In this document: positions 1-9,726 of the stretch, in pieces
Numbering within the stretch: the stretch's first letter is position 1
How the letters are laid out: the number at the start of each line of letters is the position of its first letter
Assembly (NCBI GenBank): GCA_965248265.1
Contig: CBDFJF010000002.1
Location: 3,680,001 to 3,744,000, forward strand
Direction: 5' to 3'
Source of the DNA: Candidatus Latescibacterota bacterium
GTDB taxonomy: Bacteria > Latescibacterota > UBA2968 > UBA8231
DNA length: 64,000 bases
Notes under the pieces: generated by a model
Database searches by the model: none
What the model was told of the DNA's origin: nothing
The model's input: only the letters and a program-made list of their open reading frames with translations
Position numbers and translations under genes: made by a program

Positions 1-62
1 GAGGCCTGTTGCTCCCAACCAGGAGCAACAGGCTTTTTCTGTTCATTTCCCTACATTTAGAG

Positions 63-1769
63 ATGCCCATGACGCTCTCTCGCCGGTCGCCTGGCGTCTC
101 TTATGCTGTCCTAGTCGCCATCTGCACGCTCGCCGTCCACCTGATTGTACTCGGCAATGGCTTCCATTACGACGACGGCCACTCCATCGTTCGCAATCCA
201 CACATCCGCGACTTGGGCAACCTGGGAGAATTCTTTACCGATCCAGCCATGTACTCGGAGAATCCGGCGTACGGCATGTTCCGCCCGCTGGTTCTTGTGT
301 CCACGGCAATCAATTACCGTGTTTCCCACCTTGTTTCAGGTGAATCGGAAGACGGCTACGACCCATCCGGCTACCTGGCGCTGAATCTGGCTGTTCATCT
401 GGCCAACTCGTTGCTGGTTCTGTCCATACTATCTCAATTGATTGTCCCTCAATCTATTAGGATCTTTGGAGCCGTTGCATTTGCGCTCCATCCACTTCAC
501 GCCGAAGTCATCAACTACGCCAGTGCCCGGTCAGAATCCCTGGTCGCCTTTTTTTACCTTGGCGCCGTGTATGGCTATCTCCGTTGGCGATCCCTGGAAA
601 AACGTTCAGCCATGTGGTTGGGGGTGTCCTCTGCCCTGTTTACATGCGCCCTGTTGACGAAGGAAATTGCAGTTACCCTGCCCCTCGCCCTGCTCGCTGT
701 GGAGTACTATAGGCAGCAAGGCCTGAGGCCACGGTTGTTGCAGCTCGCATCGTTGCTCCCGAAAGTCCGCGACCTGACGATATACCTTGTCATATTATCT
801 ATTTATTTGGTTGTATATCAACAGGTTACTGGATCCGAGTCTATCTCACCCATAGGCACAGAGGGTGCCATCAGATCGTGGAACAGCCAACTGGCAACGC
901 AGGCTAAGGCCATCGTCCATTACATCCTTGGTGCCGTTCTCCCAGTCAGGATGAGTGTCTATCCGCAATTCCAGGAGTCCCCGTCCCTCATCGGGACAAT
1001 TCCCCTGGTGAGCGTCCTGATGACGTCATCTCTCTGCCTCGTTGCCTGGAGGCTGCGCTGGGCAGTACCTGCCCTCACCTTTGGTGTCAGCTGGTTCCTG
1101 ATTGCCCTGATTCCGACCAGCATCATTCCACTGCACATTCTGGTCAACGATCACCGTCCATACCTCTCGCTCGTCGGCTTCACACTGGCTTTCTGGACGC
1201 TTGCGACGCGCTTCAAGCACCGCTGGATTCTATGGACCTTGTGCGGCCTCTTGGGGTTGCTGGCCCATCAGAGAGACGCCGTGTGGAGAGACGAGATAGC
1301 TCTTTGGCAGGATGCGGCGCAGAGAGGTCCCATGATGCCGGAGGCCCATTTCAATCTTGGCCATGCCTATCACATGATGGGAAATCTGTCTGGAGCCGTG
1401 GGTGCGTACGAAAGAGCGGTGGAACTGAGTCCGCGATACGCTCGAGCCCAGATAAATCTGGGGGCCCTTTACCGGGAACAGGGACGAACTGAGGAGGCCA
1501 TGAAAGCGTTTCAGCATGCCCTGGAAGGCACGCCAACATCGGTGGAAGCCCTTAATAATTTAGGACTTACGCACGCCACCCAGGGCGCTGACGAGATCGC
1601 AATCGGGCTTTACAAACAAGCGCTCGCGCTTGAGCCGGACAAAGCAGAGCTATGGTTGAATCTGGGCCTTTCTCTAAGGAACGCTGGCAACAGGAAAGAG
1701 GCGATCCGGGCATTGAAACGAGCTCTCGAGTTGGACCCGCAGATCAAACACCGTTTTCCAGCCCGATAG
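63..1769 (+). CDS. TMTC-like GT-C membrane protein with C-terminal TPR repeats (putative protein glycosyltransferase), paralog 1
   Basis: NGFHYDD acidic loop after first TM, MFRPLV, HPLHAEVINY..ARSE, LLTKEIAVTLP, LVNDHRPYL, then several TPRs (AHFNLGHAY, AQINLGALY, ALNNLGLTH, LWLNLGLSL). Start uncertain (TTG 9, ATG 63 or 69). Confidence 0.85.
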   Translation: MPMTLSRRSPGVSYAVLVAICTLAVHLIVLGNGFHYDDGHSIVRNPHIRDLGNLGEFFTDPAMYSENPAYGMFRPLVLVSTAINYRVSHLVSGESEDGYDPSGYLALNLAVHLANSLLVLSILSQLIVPQSIRIFGAVAFALHPLHAEVINYASARSESLVAFFYLGAVYGYLRWRSLEKRSAMWLGVSSALFTCALLTKEIAVTLPLALLAVEYYRQQGLRPRLLQLASLLPKVRDLTIYLVILSIYLVVYQQVTGSESISPIGTEGAIRSWNSQLATQAKAIVHYILGAVLPVRMSVYPQFQESPSLIGTIPLVSVLMTSSLCLVAWRLRWAVPALTFGVSWFLIALIPTSIIPLHILVNDHRPYLSLVGFTLAFWTLATRFKHRWILWTLCGLLGLLAHQRDAVWRDEIALWQDAAQRGPMMPEAHFNLGHAYHMMGNLSGAVGAYERAVELSPRYARAQINLGALYREQGRTEEAMKAFQHALEGTPTSVEALNNLGLTHATQGADEIAIGLYKQALALEPDKAELWLNLGLSLRNAGNRKEAIRALKRALELDPQIKHRFPAR

Positions 1770-3831
1770 GATTCGACGACTGACTCTCTGGTTCTAAGGA
1801 CAGGAAATACAGAGCAAAGTCCCCGAAACTCTGCTGAGCCAGCCCACTGCTGAAGACGTATAGCCCATAGTGTCGCCGGGCGCTCACTTGAGCCAGGTAC
1901 AGCTCCGCGAAAGGCCTTTCAACTGTACCCTCCAACTCAATCGTTTGAGTCAGTGGTTTGGCCATCTGAACAACCTGCAGATCCTCCAGGCCGGCGGCTG
2001 ACCCAGCCTGATACAGAGAGACAAAAGCCCCTTCGGCCGCTGATTTTGTATAGGCCAGCAGAAGCAACCCATCGGCACGAGGATGGTAGCGAAAGCTGGA
2101 GTGCAGGACAAAGGTTGCCTGGTCCGTACTGGAGAGCCCTAGTTGCGAGCTCCCAGCAGCATCGACAGCGACCGAAATCCTTGTCGTCTTCGGGTGGCTC
2201 TCGTAATAGACCCGCCAGGTATCAGCTGCCAGGCTCCGCGGGCCGTCAATGACCGCGCTCGGCGCCTGCAATGACTCGAACAGGCGTAGATTGCCAGTTT
2301 CACGGACAACACGGAATGCTTTCGCGGGGAGTTCATATTTCCTGGATCGATCAGTGTGGCCGGTTTTCGCGGTGGTGAAGTTAGTCGTCAACATGTAATC
2401 GCCGAGCGAGTACCGGGGACCGTCACCTTGTCGGGCCGCCAAGAGAAGCCTTTTCAAACTCCCGGATAGGACAACCTCGCTGACACGCTGTAGCAGTAGA
2501 TCATCCGTGTAGTAGCCAAGAGAGCTGTCCATGATGTAGGGTGCGACCACCATATCGCCATGGCGTGCCTCCTCAGCGATCATCCGACCGAACTGCCGAT
2601 ACCGGGTATCGGTCGGTCCATCAAAGCTGTCGGGTAAAAAGCTGGCGACTGCGATACCGGTTGTTGCGACCAGAGGCATCGAGCGCCTAAAACCCGATCC
2701 CCAATCAGGTCTCAAGCGTTGAATCAACTCGGGAGCCGCTGTCACACCTTTAGCAACCAAGAGCATGAGGAATGGTGTAGCAAAAACATACACTCTGCTG
2801 GGTCCAGCAACGCCCATTAGCAGATTGAGCGCGAATGGGACAGTCATGACCAGAAGGACCAGGGCCATTGTCCGCCTGTGCTCGAAAGCCAGCACGACCA
2901 TTCCCAGCAACCCGAATGCAAGGCTCAACAACGGCCAGCGTGATGGGCCCGCCTGTGCCAGAACGCCGAGCCATATATCCACGAGGGCACGCGGATCTTG
3001 TGCCAGGGGAATCCCCCACTGACGGCTCAGCAGCTCCAGTTGTTCGCGCATCGGCAGGTAGACGGCGGCGATCATCACCAACATGATTGTCCCTGCAGCA
3101 ACGAACGGCCATATCAGCTTCAACGAGCGGGAAACTGGACCGTCGGCTAACCAGGTGGCGCGCAACAGACACCCCCCAGCCCATACCAGTACGGCAGACA
3201 CCAGATAAATCCCACTGGGGACCGTGAGTACGGCCAGGAAACCGCCAACGGCACAACCACCCCACCAACACAGGCCGCTTATTGATTTGGTGGAGTCCAC
3301 TGCTCTCAACGCGAAGTACGCGTGGAGCGTGGACATCAATACCAACAGGGTATACCCCCTGGCCTGAATGGATGCGGAGACCTGACCCGGGCACAGTGCC
3401 ATCAGCAGCGCAGCCACGAGCGCAGTCAGAAGTGACCCTGTGAGCACTCTCGCCAGGAAGAAGGAAGCGGCAACTGTGGCAATTCCCGCGGTAGCGGCGG
3501 GCAAACGAATCGCCCAGTCGCTGTTGCCAAACAGTGTGGCGCTCAACTTCACGCACAGGGTATGGAAGATGTGATTGTTCGGAGCTTCGTACGATGAAGG
3601 GATCGCTGTCCAGGGTTTCGACGCGAATGTGACCCAGGTGAAGACCTCGTCGTGACCGAGGGAACGGTCGATTCCCTGCAGGCGGAGCCAGGCACCAACC
3701 GCTAGCGCTAAACCCAGAATTACCCAAACGGCCGCGGATGAAATGCCGTCTGACTTAGATTGCCCCGTCGAAACGCTCATTTGCTGAAGATCGCCAGATC
3801 TCTTCGATCCGTGAGCCTCATGATCACTCAC
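1744..3831 (-). CDS. GT39/ArnT-like (GT-C fold) glycosyltransferase with C-terminal soluble domain, paralog A
   Basis: LGHDEVFTW acidic loop, PNNHIFH, WAIRLPA, QARGYTL motifs; multiple TM helices; 4-bp overlap with cysK stop. Confidence 0.8.
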   Translation of the reverse strand: MSDHEAHGSKRSGDLQQMSVSTGQSKSDGISSAAVWVILGLALAVGAWLRLQGIDRSLGHDEVFTWVTFASKPWTAIPSSYEAPNNHIFHTLCVKLSATLFGNSDWAIRLPAATAGIATVAASFFLARVLTGSLLTALVAALLMALCPGQVSASIQARGYTLLVLMSTLHAYFALRAVDSTKSISGLCWWGGCAVGGFLAVLTVPSGIYLVSAVLVWAGGCLLRATWLADGPVSRSLKLIWPFVAAGTIMLVMIAAVYLPMREQLELLSRQWGIPLAQDPRALVDIWLGVLAQAGPSRWPLLSLAFGLLGMVVLAFEHRRTMALVLLVMTVPFALNLLMGVAGPSRVYVFATPFLMLLVAKGVTAAPELIQRLRPDWGSGFRRSMPLVATTGIAVASFLPDSFDGPTDTRYRQFGRMIAEEARHGDMVVAPYIMDSSLGYYTDDLLLQRVSEVVLSGSLKRLLLAARQGDGPRYSLGDYMLTTNFTTAKTGHTDRSRKYELPAKAFRVVRETGNLRLFESLQAPSAVIDGPRSLAADTWRVYYESHPKTTRISVAVDAAGSSQLGLSSTDQATFVLHSSFRYHPRADGLLLLAYTKSAAEGAFVSLYQAGSAAGLEDLQVVQMAKPLTQTIELEGTVERPFAELYLAQVSARRHYGLYVFSSGLAQQSFGDFALYFLSLEPESQSSNPIGLENGV

Positions 3832-4745
3832 TCATACACGCCCGTGCTCAGATAGCGCATACCACTGTCGCACAGAATAGTCACGACACTCTGATCAGAC
3901 GCCATCTCGGCCGCAACCTCAGCCGCGGCGAGAGCATTCGCCCCTGCTGATATGCCGACGAGGACACCCTCTTCGCGCGCGAGTCGACGCGACATCAGAT
4001 AGGCATCGTCGTCGCTGACCGTCCTCACCTCATCTAGCACATCGCGGTTGAGGACGTCCGGCACGAAGCCGGCCCCAATCCCCTCGATGTAGCTCAATCC
4101 AGGAGCACCGCCCGACAGGACCGCGGAGCCTTCGGGCTCAACGGCAATGACGCGCACGTCAGGAAGCTCCGCCTTCAGAATCTCACCGATACCGGTTATC
4201 GAACCCCCCGTGCCAACCCCGGCGACGACGGCGGCGATGCCTTCCGGCATCTGTGCCAGGATTTCCCTCGCCGTGGTTTCGCGGTGTATCTGCGGATTCG
4301 CCAGATTGGCGAACTGCTGCGGCAGAAAGTATCCCGGATTCTGACGCGTCAGTTCCAGCGCCCGTTCGATGGCTCCACGCATGCCCTCGGAGGCCGGTGT
4401 CAACAGCACCTCAGCGCCGTACGCCTGCATCTGTTGCCGGCGTTCCTTACTGGCCGTATCGAACATGGTCAGGATCAACCGGTAGCCCTTCACCGCCGCT
4501 ACCATGGCGAGGCCGATCCCGGTGTTGCCGCTGGTCGGCTCGACGATGGTTCCACCGGGCTTCAGGTCGCCGGCCTCTTCGGCTGCCTCGATCATGGCCA
4601 GTGCAATCCGGTCCTTGACGCTGCCACCTGGGTTGGCGGACTCCAGCTTGGCCCATACCTGAGCACCGTCTTCGTTTACCACACGGTTCAACCGCAGCAT
4701 CGGCGTGGCGCCTATGAGCTCGAGGACATCGTTTGCGCGTTTCAT
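3828..4745 (-). CDS. cysK: Cysteine synthase A (O-acetylserine sulfhydrylase)
   Basis: LIGATP, KLESANPGGSVKDR (PLP Lys), EPTSGNTGIGLA, QQFANLAN, GVGTGGS, IEGIGAGFVP, GISAG, DSGMRYLST; start at ATG 4745. Confidence 0.93.
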   Translation of the reverse strand: MKRANDVLELIGATPMLRLNRVVNEDGAQVWAKLESANPGGSVKDRIALAMIEAAEEAGDLKPGGTIVEPTSGNTGIGLAMVAAVKGYRLILTMFDTASKERRQQMQAYGAEVLLTPASEGMRGAIERALELTRQNPGYFLPQQFANLANPQIHRETTAREILAQMPEGIAAVVAGVGTGGSITGIGEILKAELPDVRVIAVEPEGSAVLSGGAPGLSYIEGIGAGFVPDVLNRDVLDEVRTVSDDDAYLMSRRLAREEGVLVGISAGANALAAAEVAAEMASDQSVVTILCDSGMRYLSTGVYE

Positions 4746-4768
4746 CGTACTGACTCCGATGTTGTCAT

Positions 4769-6850
4769 CTATTGTGTGGTCTCCAATGTCGTGATCCGCT
4801 TGCTGATGGATTCTCCCAAGGCGGCGTTCGGTGCGTGGGGTAGGAACTTGCGGTAGTTGCCAACGGCAGCGCTTCTCATTCCCAGGTTTTCCTGCGCTCT
4901 GGCCAGAGCATAGTGCAACTTGACCCTCTCGGGCCACCGGCGCAGGCCGTGTGCACTCAGTGCTTGCGCCTCCTGAAATCGTCCCAGGCGCAGGTACACG
5001 AGGGCGAGATTGTAGCGAGCATCGTGCATCTTCTCATCAATGGATATGGCCACCTGGTAATGGTGGATGGCCGCTTCCAGTTTGTTCTGGTCGAAATGCA
5101 GATTCCCAAGACTGTAATGCGTCACGGCAGAGGCCGGCGCGAGGACAAGCGCTCTTTTTAGCGCGCTCTCCGCCGCCGCAATCTGACCTCGGTCTTTGTA
5201 GAGCAGTCCTAGTGCTCGCCATACATCAGGATTACTCGGCTCCAGCGTGCGCGCCTGTTCCATCAAGGCGATGGACTCGTCCGGTCGTACCTGGCGCAAC
5301 AGCGTCGAGAGGTTCACCAATGCGGGCACGAAGGTGTCCCCACTCGCCTGCAGACTTACCCGGTACGCCTGCTCAGCCACGACGGGGCGGTCCAGCATCC
5401 TGAGCGCGTTGCCCTTGTTGTAATGGACCTCCGGGACCTGGGGTGCCAGCATCGATGCGGTCTCATAACGCCTCAGTGCCTCATTGAAATCCCCTCGAGA
5501 TTCATGGACACCACCCAGTTCCTGATGTGCCCGGAACATCAAGGGTCCCTTGCTGACCGCATCCGACCAGATCGTGAAATTGCTTTTCCATGCATGATTG
5601 CGCTCATGAGATACCAGCGCGAACGACAACACGCACATGCAAAGGATGATCCGGATCGTCCAAACCCGATTTGACCGAGCGCCCTTCTCTACAACGGCGA
5701 TCAATCCGGCGAGTGCGATCGCGCCGAAGGCCATAGGCAGATAGAGACGGTGTTCATTCACCAGGACATTGAGCGGAACGATGACCGTTGGTAGTAAACT
5801 CAAGCCTGACCAGACCGCCGGTAGCAGCAGCGCCCAAACCACTATCGCGCGACTGCGTATGAGCAGGACGACGAGACTCACCATCAAGGCAGTGGCGACG
5901 ACGACGGCCGCTGATGCCAGCGATTCGCTGGCCAAGAACTGATGATCGATACTGAGCTTGATCGGCATGACGGTCAGCATTGCGTAGTAAGCGAGCGCCT
6001 TTGCCTGCGTGAACAATTGCGTGTCCAGTGAACGTACGGGCGTGGTCAGCGCTGTCGTGGCGAACTCTCTGACGACGATGATGTACCCGGCTGCGACAAT
6101 CCACAGTTGTAGATGTACTCGCAACAACCGGGCTACATCCGTGCCTGCATCCATCCGCGCGTCGGTCTCGACGTGGCCGCCTCGTCTTCTCCACCAGTCG
6201 AAGAACAAGATGGCCGCTGGCAGCGTTGCTACGATGGATTTGGCCAGCAGGCCAACGACCAGGGCAGCAACCGCAACCGAATAGAGCCACTTGCAGCTCG
6301 CCTTCTGGCCAACCGGCAAAATTCGAAATCGCACGAATGCGACCAGGCCAAGCAGGTACCCCAGCGCAGCCAGTGACTCCGAGCGGCTGCTGATGTAGTT
6401 GACGGTTTCCGCTTGTACGGGATGGAGTGCGAATACCAGGCTGGCGAATCCACTCCACATGGGTTTGAGACCGAGCCCACGGGCGAGTGCAAAAACCAAC
6501 ACTGCGCACACGGCGTGCACGCCCAGGTTCACCAGTCGATAGCCGTGGGCGCGGTATTGACCGAAATGGTGGTTGAGCGCGTAGGAAGTCAGCACCAGCG
6601 GGCGAAACATGGCGCGCTGGGTGAGCATGGAGAAGGTCTGTGGATCGGTGAAGAACTGTGGAATGTTGGTGAGACTGCGAATGTGGCGATTCTGGACGAT
6701 TGAGTGGTAATCGTCGTAGTGAAAGTCGTTGTCGAGGGAGTTCGCGTAGGTGAGGAAAAGGAGTACGACGACCAGGCCGAGCCCGATGCCTACGGGTACC
6801 GATGCCGCCGATTTCTCAACTGGGGGAGCTTTGGGTTGACGTTTGTTCAA
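4769..6850 (-). CDS. TMTC-like GT-C/TPR membrane protein, paralog 2
   Basis: NDFHYDDYHSIVQN, MFRPLV, HPVQAETVNYISSRSE, LVNEHRLYLP, long TPR array; TTG start preceded by GAGGTGG SD. Confidence 0.85.
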   Translation of the reverse strand: MNKRQPKAPPVEKSAASVPVGIGLGLVVVLLFLTYANSLDNDFHYDDYHSIVQNRHIRSLTNIPQFFTDPQTFSMLTQRAMFRPLVLTSYALNHHFGQYRAHGYRLVNLGVHAVCAVLVFALARGLGLKPMWSGFASLVFALHPVQAETVNYISSRSESLAALGYLLGLVAFVRFRILPVGQKASCKWLYSVAVAALVVGLLAKSIVATLPAAILFFDWWRRRGGHVETDARMDAGTDVARLLRVHLQLWIVAAGYIIVVREFATTALTTPVRSLDTQLFTQAKALAYYAMLTVMPIKLSIDHQFLASESLASAAVVVATALMVSLVVLLIRSRAIVVWALLLPAVWSGLSLLPTVIVPLNVLVNEHRLYLPMAFGAIALAGLIAVVEKGARSNRVWTIRIILCMCVLSFALVSHERNHAWKSNFTIWSDAVSKGPLMFRAHQELGGVHESRGDFNEALRRYETASMLAPQVPEVHYNKGNALRMLDRPVVAEQAYRVSLQASGDTFVPALVNLSTLLRQVRPDESIALMEQARTLEPSNPDVWRALGLLYKDRGQIAAAESALKRALVLAPASAVTHYSLGNLHFDQNKLEAAIHHYQVAISIDEKMHDARYNLALVYLRLGRFQEAQALSAHGLRRWPERVKLHYALARAQENLGMRSAAVGNYRKFLPHAPNAALGESISKRITTLETTQ

Positions 6851-6851
6851 T

Positions 6852-6883
6852 CGACCACCTCAGCACGGCGGCTGGGGAGGTCG
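6852..6883 (-). promoter_or_regulatory. Hairpin sequestering the SD of TMTC paralog 2
   Basis: On - strand CGACCUCCCCAGC-CGCCGU-GCUGAGGUGGUCG pairs 11 of 13 and contains the SD just upstream of the TTG start. Confidence 0.4.
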
Positions 6884-6939
6884 CACGCGTGTGGAACTGC
6901 AGCAGGACCCGTAACGCGGGAGAGTATTCCGGAAGACTC

Positions 6940-7215
6940 TTATCCCCCCGCTATCGCAGGCACGATGGAAACGACGTCACCATCGCTCAGAGCCGTGTCC
7001 TTGCCGTCCAGAAAACGGATGTCTTCGTCATTGATGTAGATGTTGACGTAACGCCTGATGTCACCGGACTCGTCCGTCAGCTTTTCCTTGATGCCCGCAT
7101 ACGCCTCTTCCAGATTTTCGACCAACTCCCCAACCGATGCTGCCTCTAGTTCAACCTCGGCCTGGTTATTGGTCAATTTCCGCAGGGGTGTCGGTATGTT
7201 GATGGTTACGGCCAT
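6940..7215 (-). CDS. MoaD/ThiS-family ubiquitin-like sulfur carrier (CysO-like)
   Basis: 91 aa, MAVTINIPTPLRK...YVNIYINDEDIRFL...VSIVPAIAGG with C-terminal Gly-Gly; AGGAG SD upstream of ATG 7215. Confidence 0.92.
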   Translation of the reverse strand: MAVTINIPTPLRKLTNNQAEVELEAASVGELVENLEEAYAGIKEKLTDESGDIRRYVNIYINDEDIRFLDGKDTALSDGDVVSIVPAIAGG

Positions 7216-7336
7216 AAATCGTTCGCTCCTGTTTCGTCGTTCTGGAGGTCGCTCACCCACCGCGCACACCAGCCAGTTTGGTTTCCTACCAGTAAAAAAC
7301 GTAATCCATGGCATTATCCGCAAAGTCGGCAACGCC

Positions 7337-9235
7337 TCATTGTTTCTCGAGACGCGCAATCTGCTCGTTCGCCCTTGCTGCCAAGGCGCCATTTGGCTCA
7401 ATCTCGAGCACTCGGCGAAAGGCGTTGATGGCATCTGAGGGACGCATCAGGTCCCGGAGCACGTTGCCCAGATTGAACCACCCGTCGACAGAGTTTTCGT
7501 CTGCCACCAGCGCTTGCCTGTAGGAGCGCTCGGCCTCCGAGAACTGCCCCAGAGCACGATGAGCCGCTCCTTTCCCCACCAGGAACCTGCTGCGATCTGA
7601 GCTTCCGGCCAGGGCAATGGCCTGCTTGTAGTGATCAAGTGCGTGCGCCGGATCTGCCTCGTGTTGCAGCGCTATATATCCCAAACGTCCATGGGCGACG
7701 CCGTCGGTGTCCTCGTAGCGAACAACAGCCTCATACTCATCTTTGGCCAGACGCCACCTTCCCTGCCGTAGAAGCAGACTCGCCAGGTTCAACCGGACTG
7801 GAATCGAATCGGGCGAATAACTCAGCAAGACGCGGAACTGCTCTTCTGCTTCTCTGGAACGACCCGCCCTCATCAACAGGTGGCCGAGGTTGTTGCGCGA
7901 GCTGACATGGGCAGGCCTCAATTTGATCGCCCTGCGGTAGGATTGCTCAGCCTCGTCGGGAGCTCCGGTTTTCTCCAGGGCGTCGGCCAGTCGCAGGTGC
8001 GGTTTTACCATCAAAGGCGCTTTCACAGTCGCATCGAGCCACAGCGACACCTCGTCCTTCCAGACTTCCCCACGCGCGACTGTAAGGCTTATGGCGACAG
8101 CCACCCAAACGGAAACGATGGCCATCGTCACCGCGCGCCGAGAGTGCATGCGGCCGAGACAACCGGCGATGACGATGGCGGCCCCTGCCGAGGCCAGGTA
8201 GCATCGGTGCTCGTTGACGAGAACGATCAACGGCACAATCGCCGACGGCAGGAGCGTAATGGCCGCCCACGAAACTCCAAAGCGCACCCAGGTGGCAGCG
8301 GAATGAATCGTACGATTTCCGACGAGCAACACAACAGCCAGGCTGATCAACAGTAAGCCGGCGACTAACACAGGCTCATCCACCACGCTTCGCGACACGG
8401 CAAACTGCCGCTCGACGCTGAGGTGGACCGGAAAAGGCAGCATGGTCAGGTAATAGGCCCAGGCTTTGGCTTGAGTCCACAACTGAACATCGAGATCCCT
8501 GATCGGACTCAGCATGGCCTTGCCGATTAGGCTGCGGCTATAGACGAGGTACACGGCGACGATGCCGAGCATGACCAGATGATGCATTCGTCGCTCATTC
8601 CAGGCTGACCGCCAGGAACCGGTGGATAGCCAATCGCACAAAAGCCACAACGGCACGGTGATGACAGCTACGGACTTGGTCAGAATACCCAGCGTCGCAC
8701 TCGCCAGCGAGATGAAAAACCAGACCCCCCTATGAAACTCGGCTTTGGTAGAACGCACGTAACACAGACAACTCGCCAACAGAAAAGACCCCATCAGCAA
8801 CTCGGAACGGCTACTGACATAGTTGACAGCTTCGGAATTCAGCGGCGTGACTGCGAACATCAAGCCGGCGACGAGGGCCGGCGCCGACGGCATCCCCAAC
8901 GCCAGCAGCAAACCGTACAGGAGCGCGACGTTGACCCCGTGCAGGAGCACGTTGCCGGCGTGGTACCAGGTGGGATCGAGCTCGCCAACCAGGTAGTTGA
9001 AGGCGTATGAGGTCAACAGAACCGGCCTGTACATGGCGCTTTCCGGGTTCTGCGAAAACAGACTCGGATCGACAAAAAAATCCCCGACCCGCTCCAGCGA
9101 GCGCACATGGGGATTGTTGACGATTGAATGAAAATCGTCGTAGTGGAAACCGTTGCCTAGAGCCGGCAAGTAGAGGACGACGGCAAGTGCAAACAGACCA
9201 CCCGCAAGCAGGCGCTCCCTCCCGATTCGCGCCAT
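7337..9235 (-). CDS. TMTC-like GT-C/TPR membrane protein, paralog 3
   Basis: NGFHYDDFHSIVNNPH, MYRPVL, PLNSEAVNYVSSRSE, LVNEHRCYL, TPR array at C-terminus. Confidence 0.85.
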   Translation of the reverse strand: MARIGRERLLAGGLFALAVVLYLPALGNGFHYDDFHSIVNNPHVRSLERVGDFFVDPSLFSQNPESAMYRPVLLTSYAFNYLVGELDPTWYHAGNVLLHGVNVALLYGLLLALGMPSAPALVAGLMFAVTPLNSEAVNYVSSRSELLMGSFLLASCLCYVRSTKAEFHRGVWFFISLASATLGILTKSVAVITVPLWLLCDWLSTGSWRSAWNERRMHHLVMLGIVAVYLVYSRSLIGKAMLSPIRDLDVQLWTQAKAWAYYLTMLPFPVHLSVERQFAVSRSVVDEPVLVAGLLLISLAVVLLVGNRTIHSAATWVRFGVSWAAITLLPSAIVPLIVLVNEHRCYLASAGAAIVIAGCLGRMHSRRAVTMAIVSVWVAVAISLTVARGEVWKDEVSLWLDATVKAPLMVKPHLRLADALEKTGAPDEAEQSYRRAIKLRPAHVSSRNNLGHLLMRAGRSREAEEQFRVLLSYSPDSIPVRLNLASLLLRQGRWRLAKDEYEAVVRYEDTDGVAHGRLGYIALQHEADPAHALDHYKQAIALAGSSDRSRFLVGKGAAHRALGQFSEAERSYRQALVADENSVDGWFNLGNVLRDLMRPSDAINAFRRVLEIEPNGALAARANEQIARLEKQ

Positions 9236-9247
9236 GGTGTTCCCTGC

Positions 9248-9721
9248 TCACTCCCCTTCGTCGATGTCGATCTGCACTTCTTCGAAATCCGCAGCCTCAC
9301 CATTCCATGCGAAAGCCTTGTGTCCCTTAACCTCGTCGTCGAAGACCGAGACAACGAGGTGAATCGCATCTGGATAGGCCGGTTCATCCCAGGTCAGGGC
9401 GCGCTCCTTATCTTCGTCCGAGAAGTACGCATCGCAGTCGATGTGCGAGTGGTAGAATCCGGAAACAGCACCGCCTCCCCGTTCGGCCTGGGTGATTACG
9501 GTTAGCAACTCCTTCGGATCGATGAAGTAGGCGATGCGGGCCTCACGAGGATACTGCTGCGGATCCTCCGCATGCAGACGATCCTGGATATTGACGCAGG
9601 GATGGGCGGTAGAGGGTCCCCCCTCCGGGCCGACGGTGAGCAAGCCGCAACACTCGGCCGGGTGTTCGTCGCGCGCCTGGGCGTAGATCTTGGCCAACTG
9701 TGTTCGGGATATCTTGAGCAT
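9248..9721 (-). CDS. JAB/MPN+ (M67) metallopeptidase, Mec-like CysO-cysteine peptidase
   Basis: PAECCGLL catalytic Glu and GFYHSHIDCDAYFSDED (HxH..S..D JAMM motif); adjacent to cysM-like gene; ATG 9721. Confidence 0.9.
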   Translation of the reverse strand: MLKISRTQLAKIYAQARDEHPAECCGLLTVGPEGGPSTAHPCVNIQDRLHAEDPQQYPREARIAYFIDPKELLTVITQAERGGGAVSGFYHSHIDCDAYFSDEDKERALTWDEPAYPDAIHLVVSVFDDEVKGHKAFAWNGEAADFEEVQIDIDEGE

Positions 9722-9726
9722 ATCTC

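Noticed and set aside
2750-3727. 325-aa alternative-frame ORF inside GT39 paralog A
   Set aside because: Arg/Gly/Ser-rich off-frame translation with no protein-like features.
4746-4937. N-terminal extensions in the ORF track (cysK; likewise cysO, mec, phoH, ybeY, pabB, glnE, RNase II)
   Set aside because: They overlap neighbouring genes or precede the family N-terminus; downstream starts fit better.
6940-9721. Ubl + JAB as an anti-phage conjugation system (Bil/CBASS-like)
   Set aside because: No E1, E2 or CD-NTase; flanking cysteine synthases indicate sulfur transfer.
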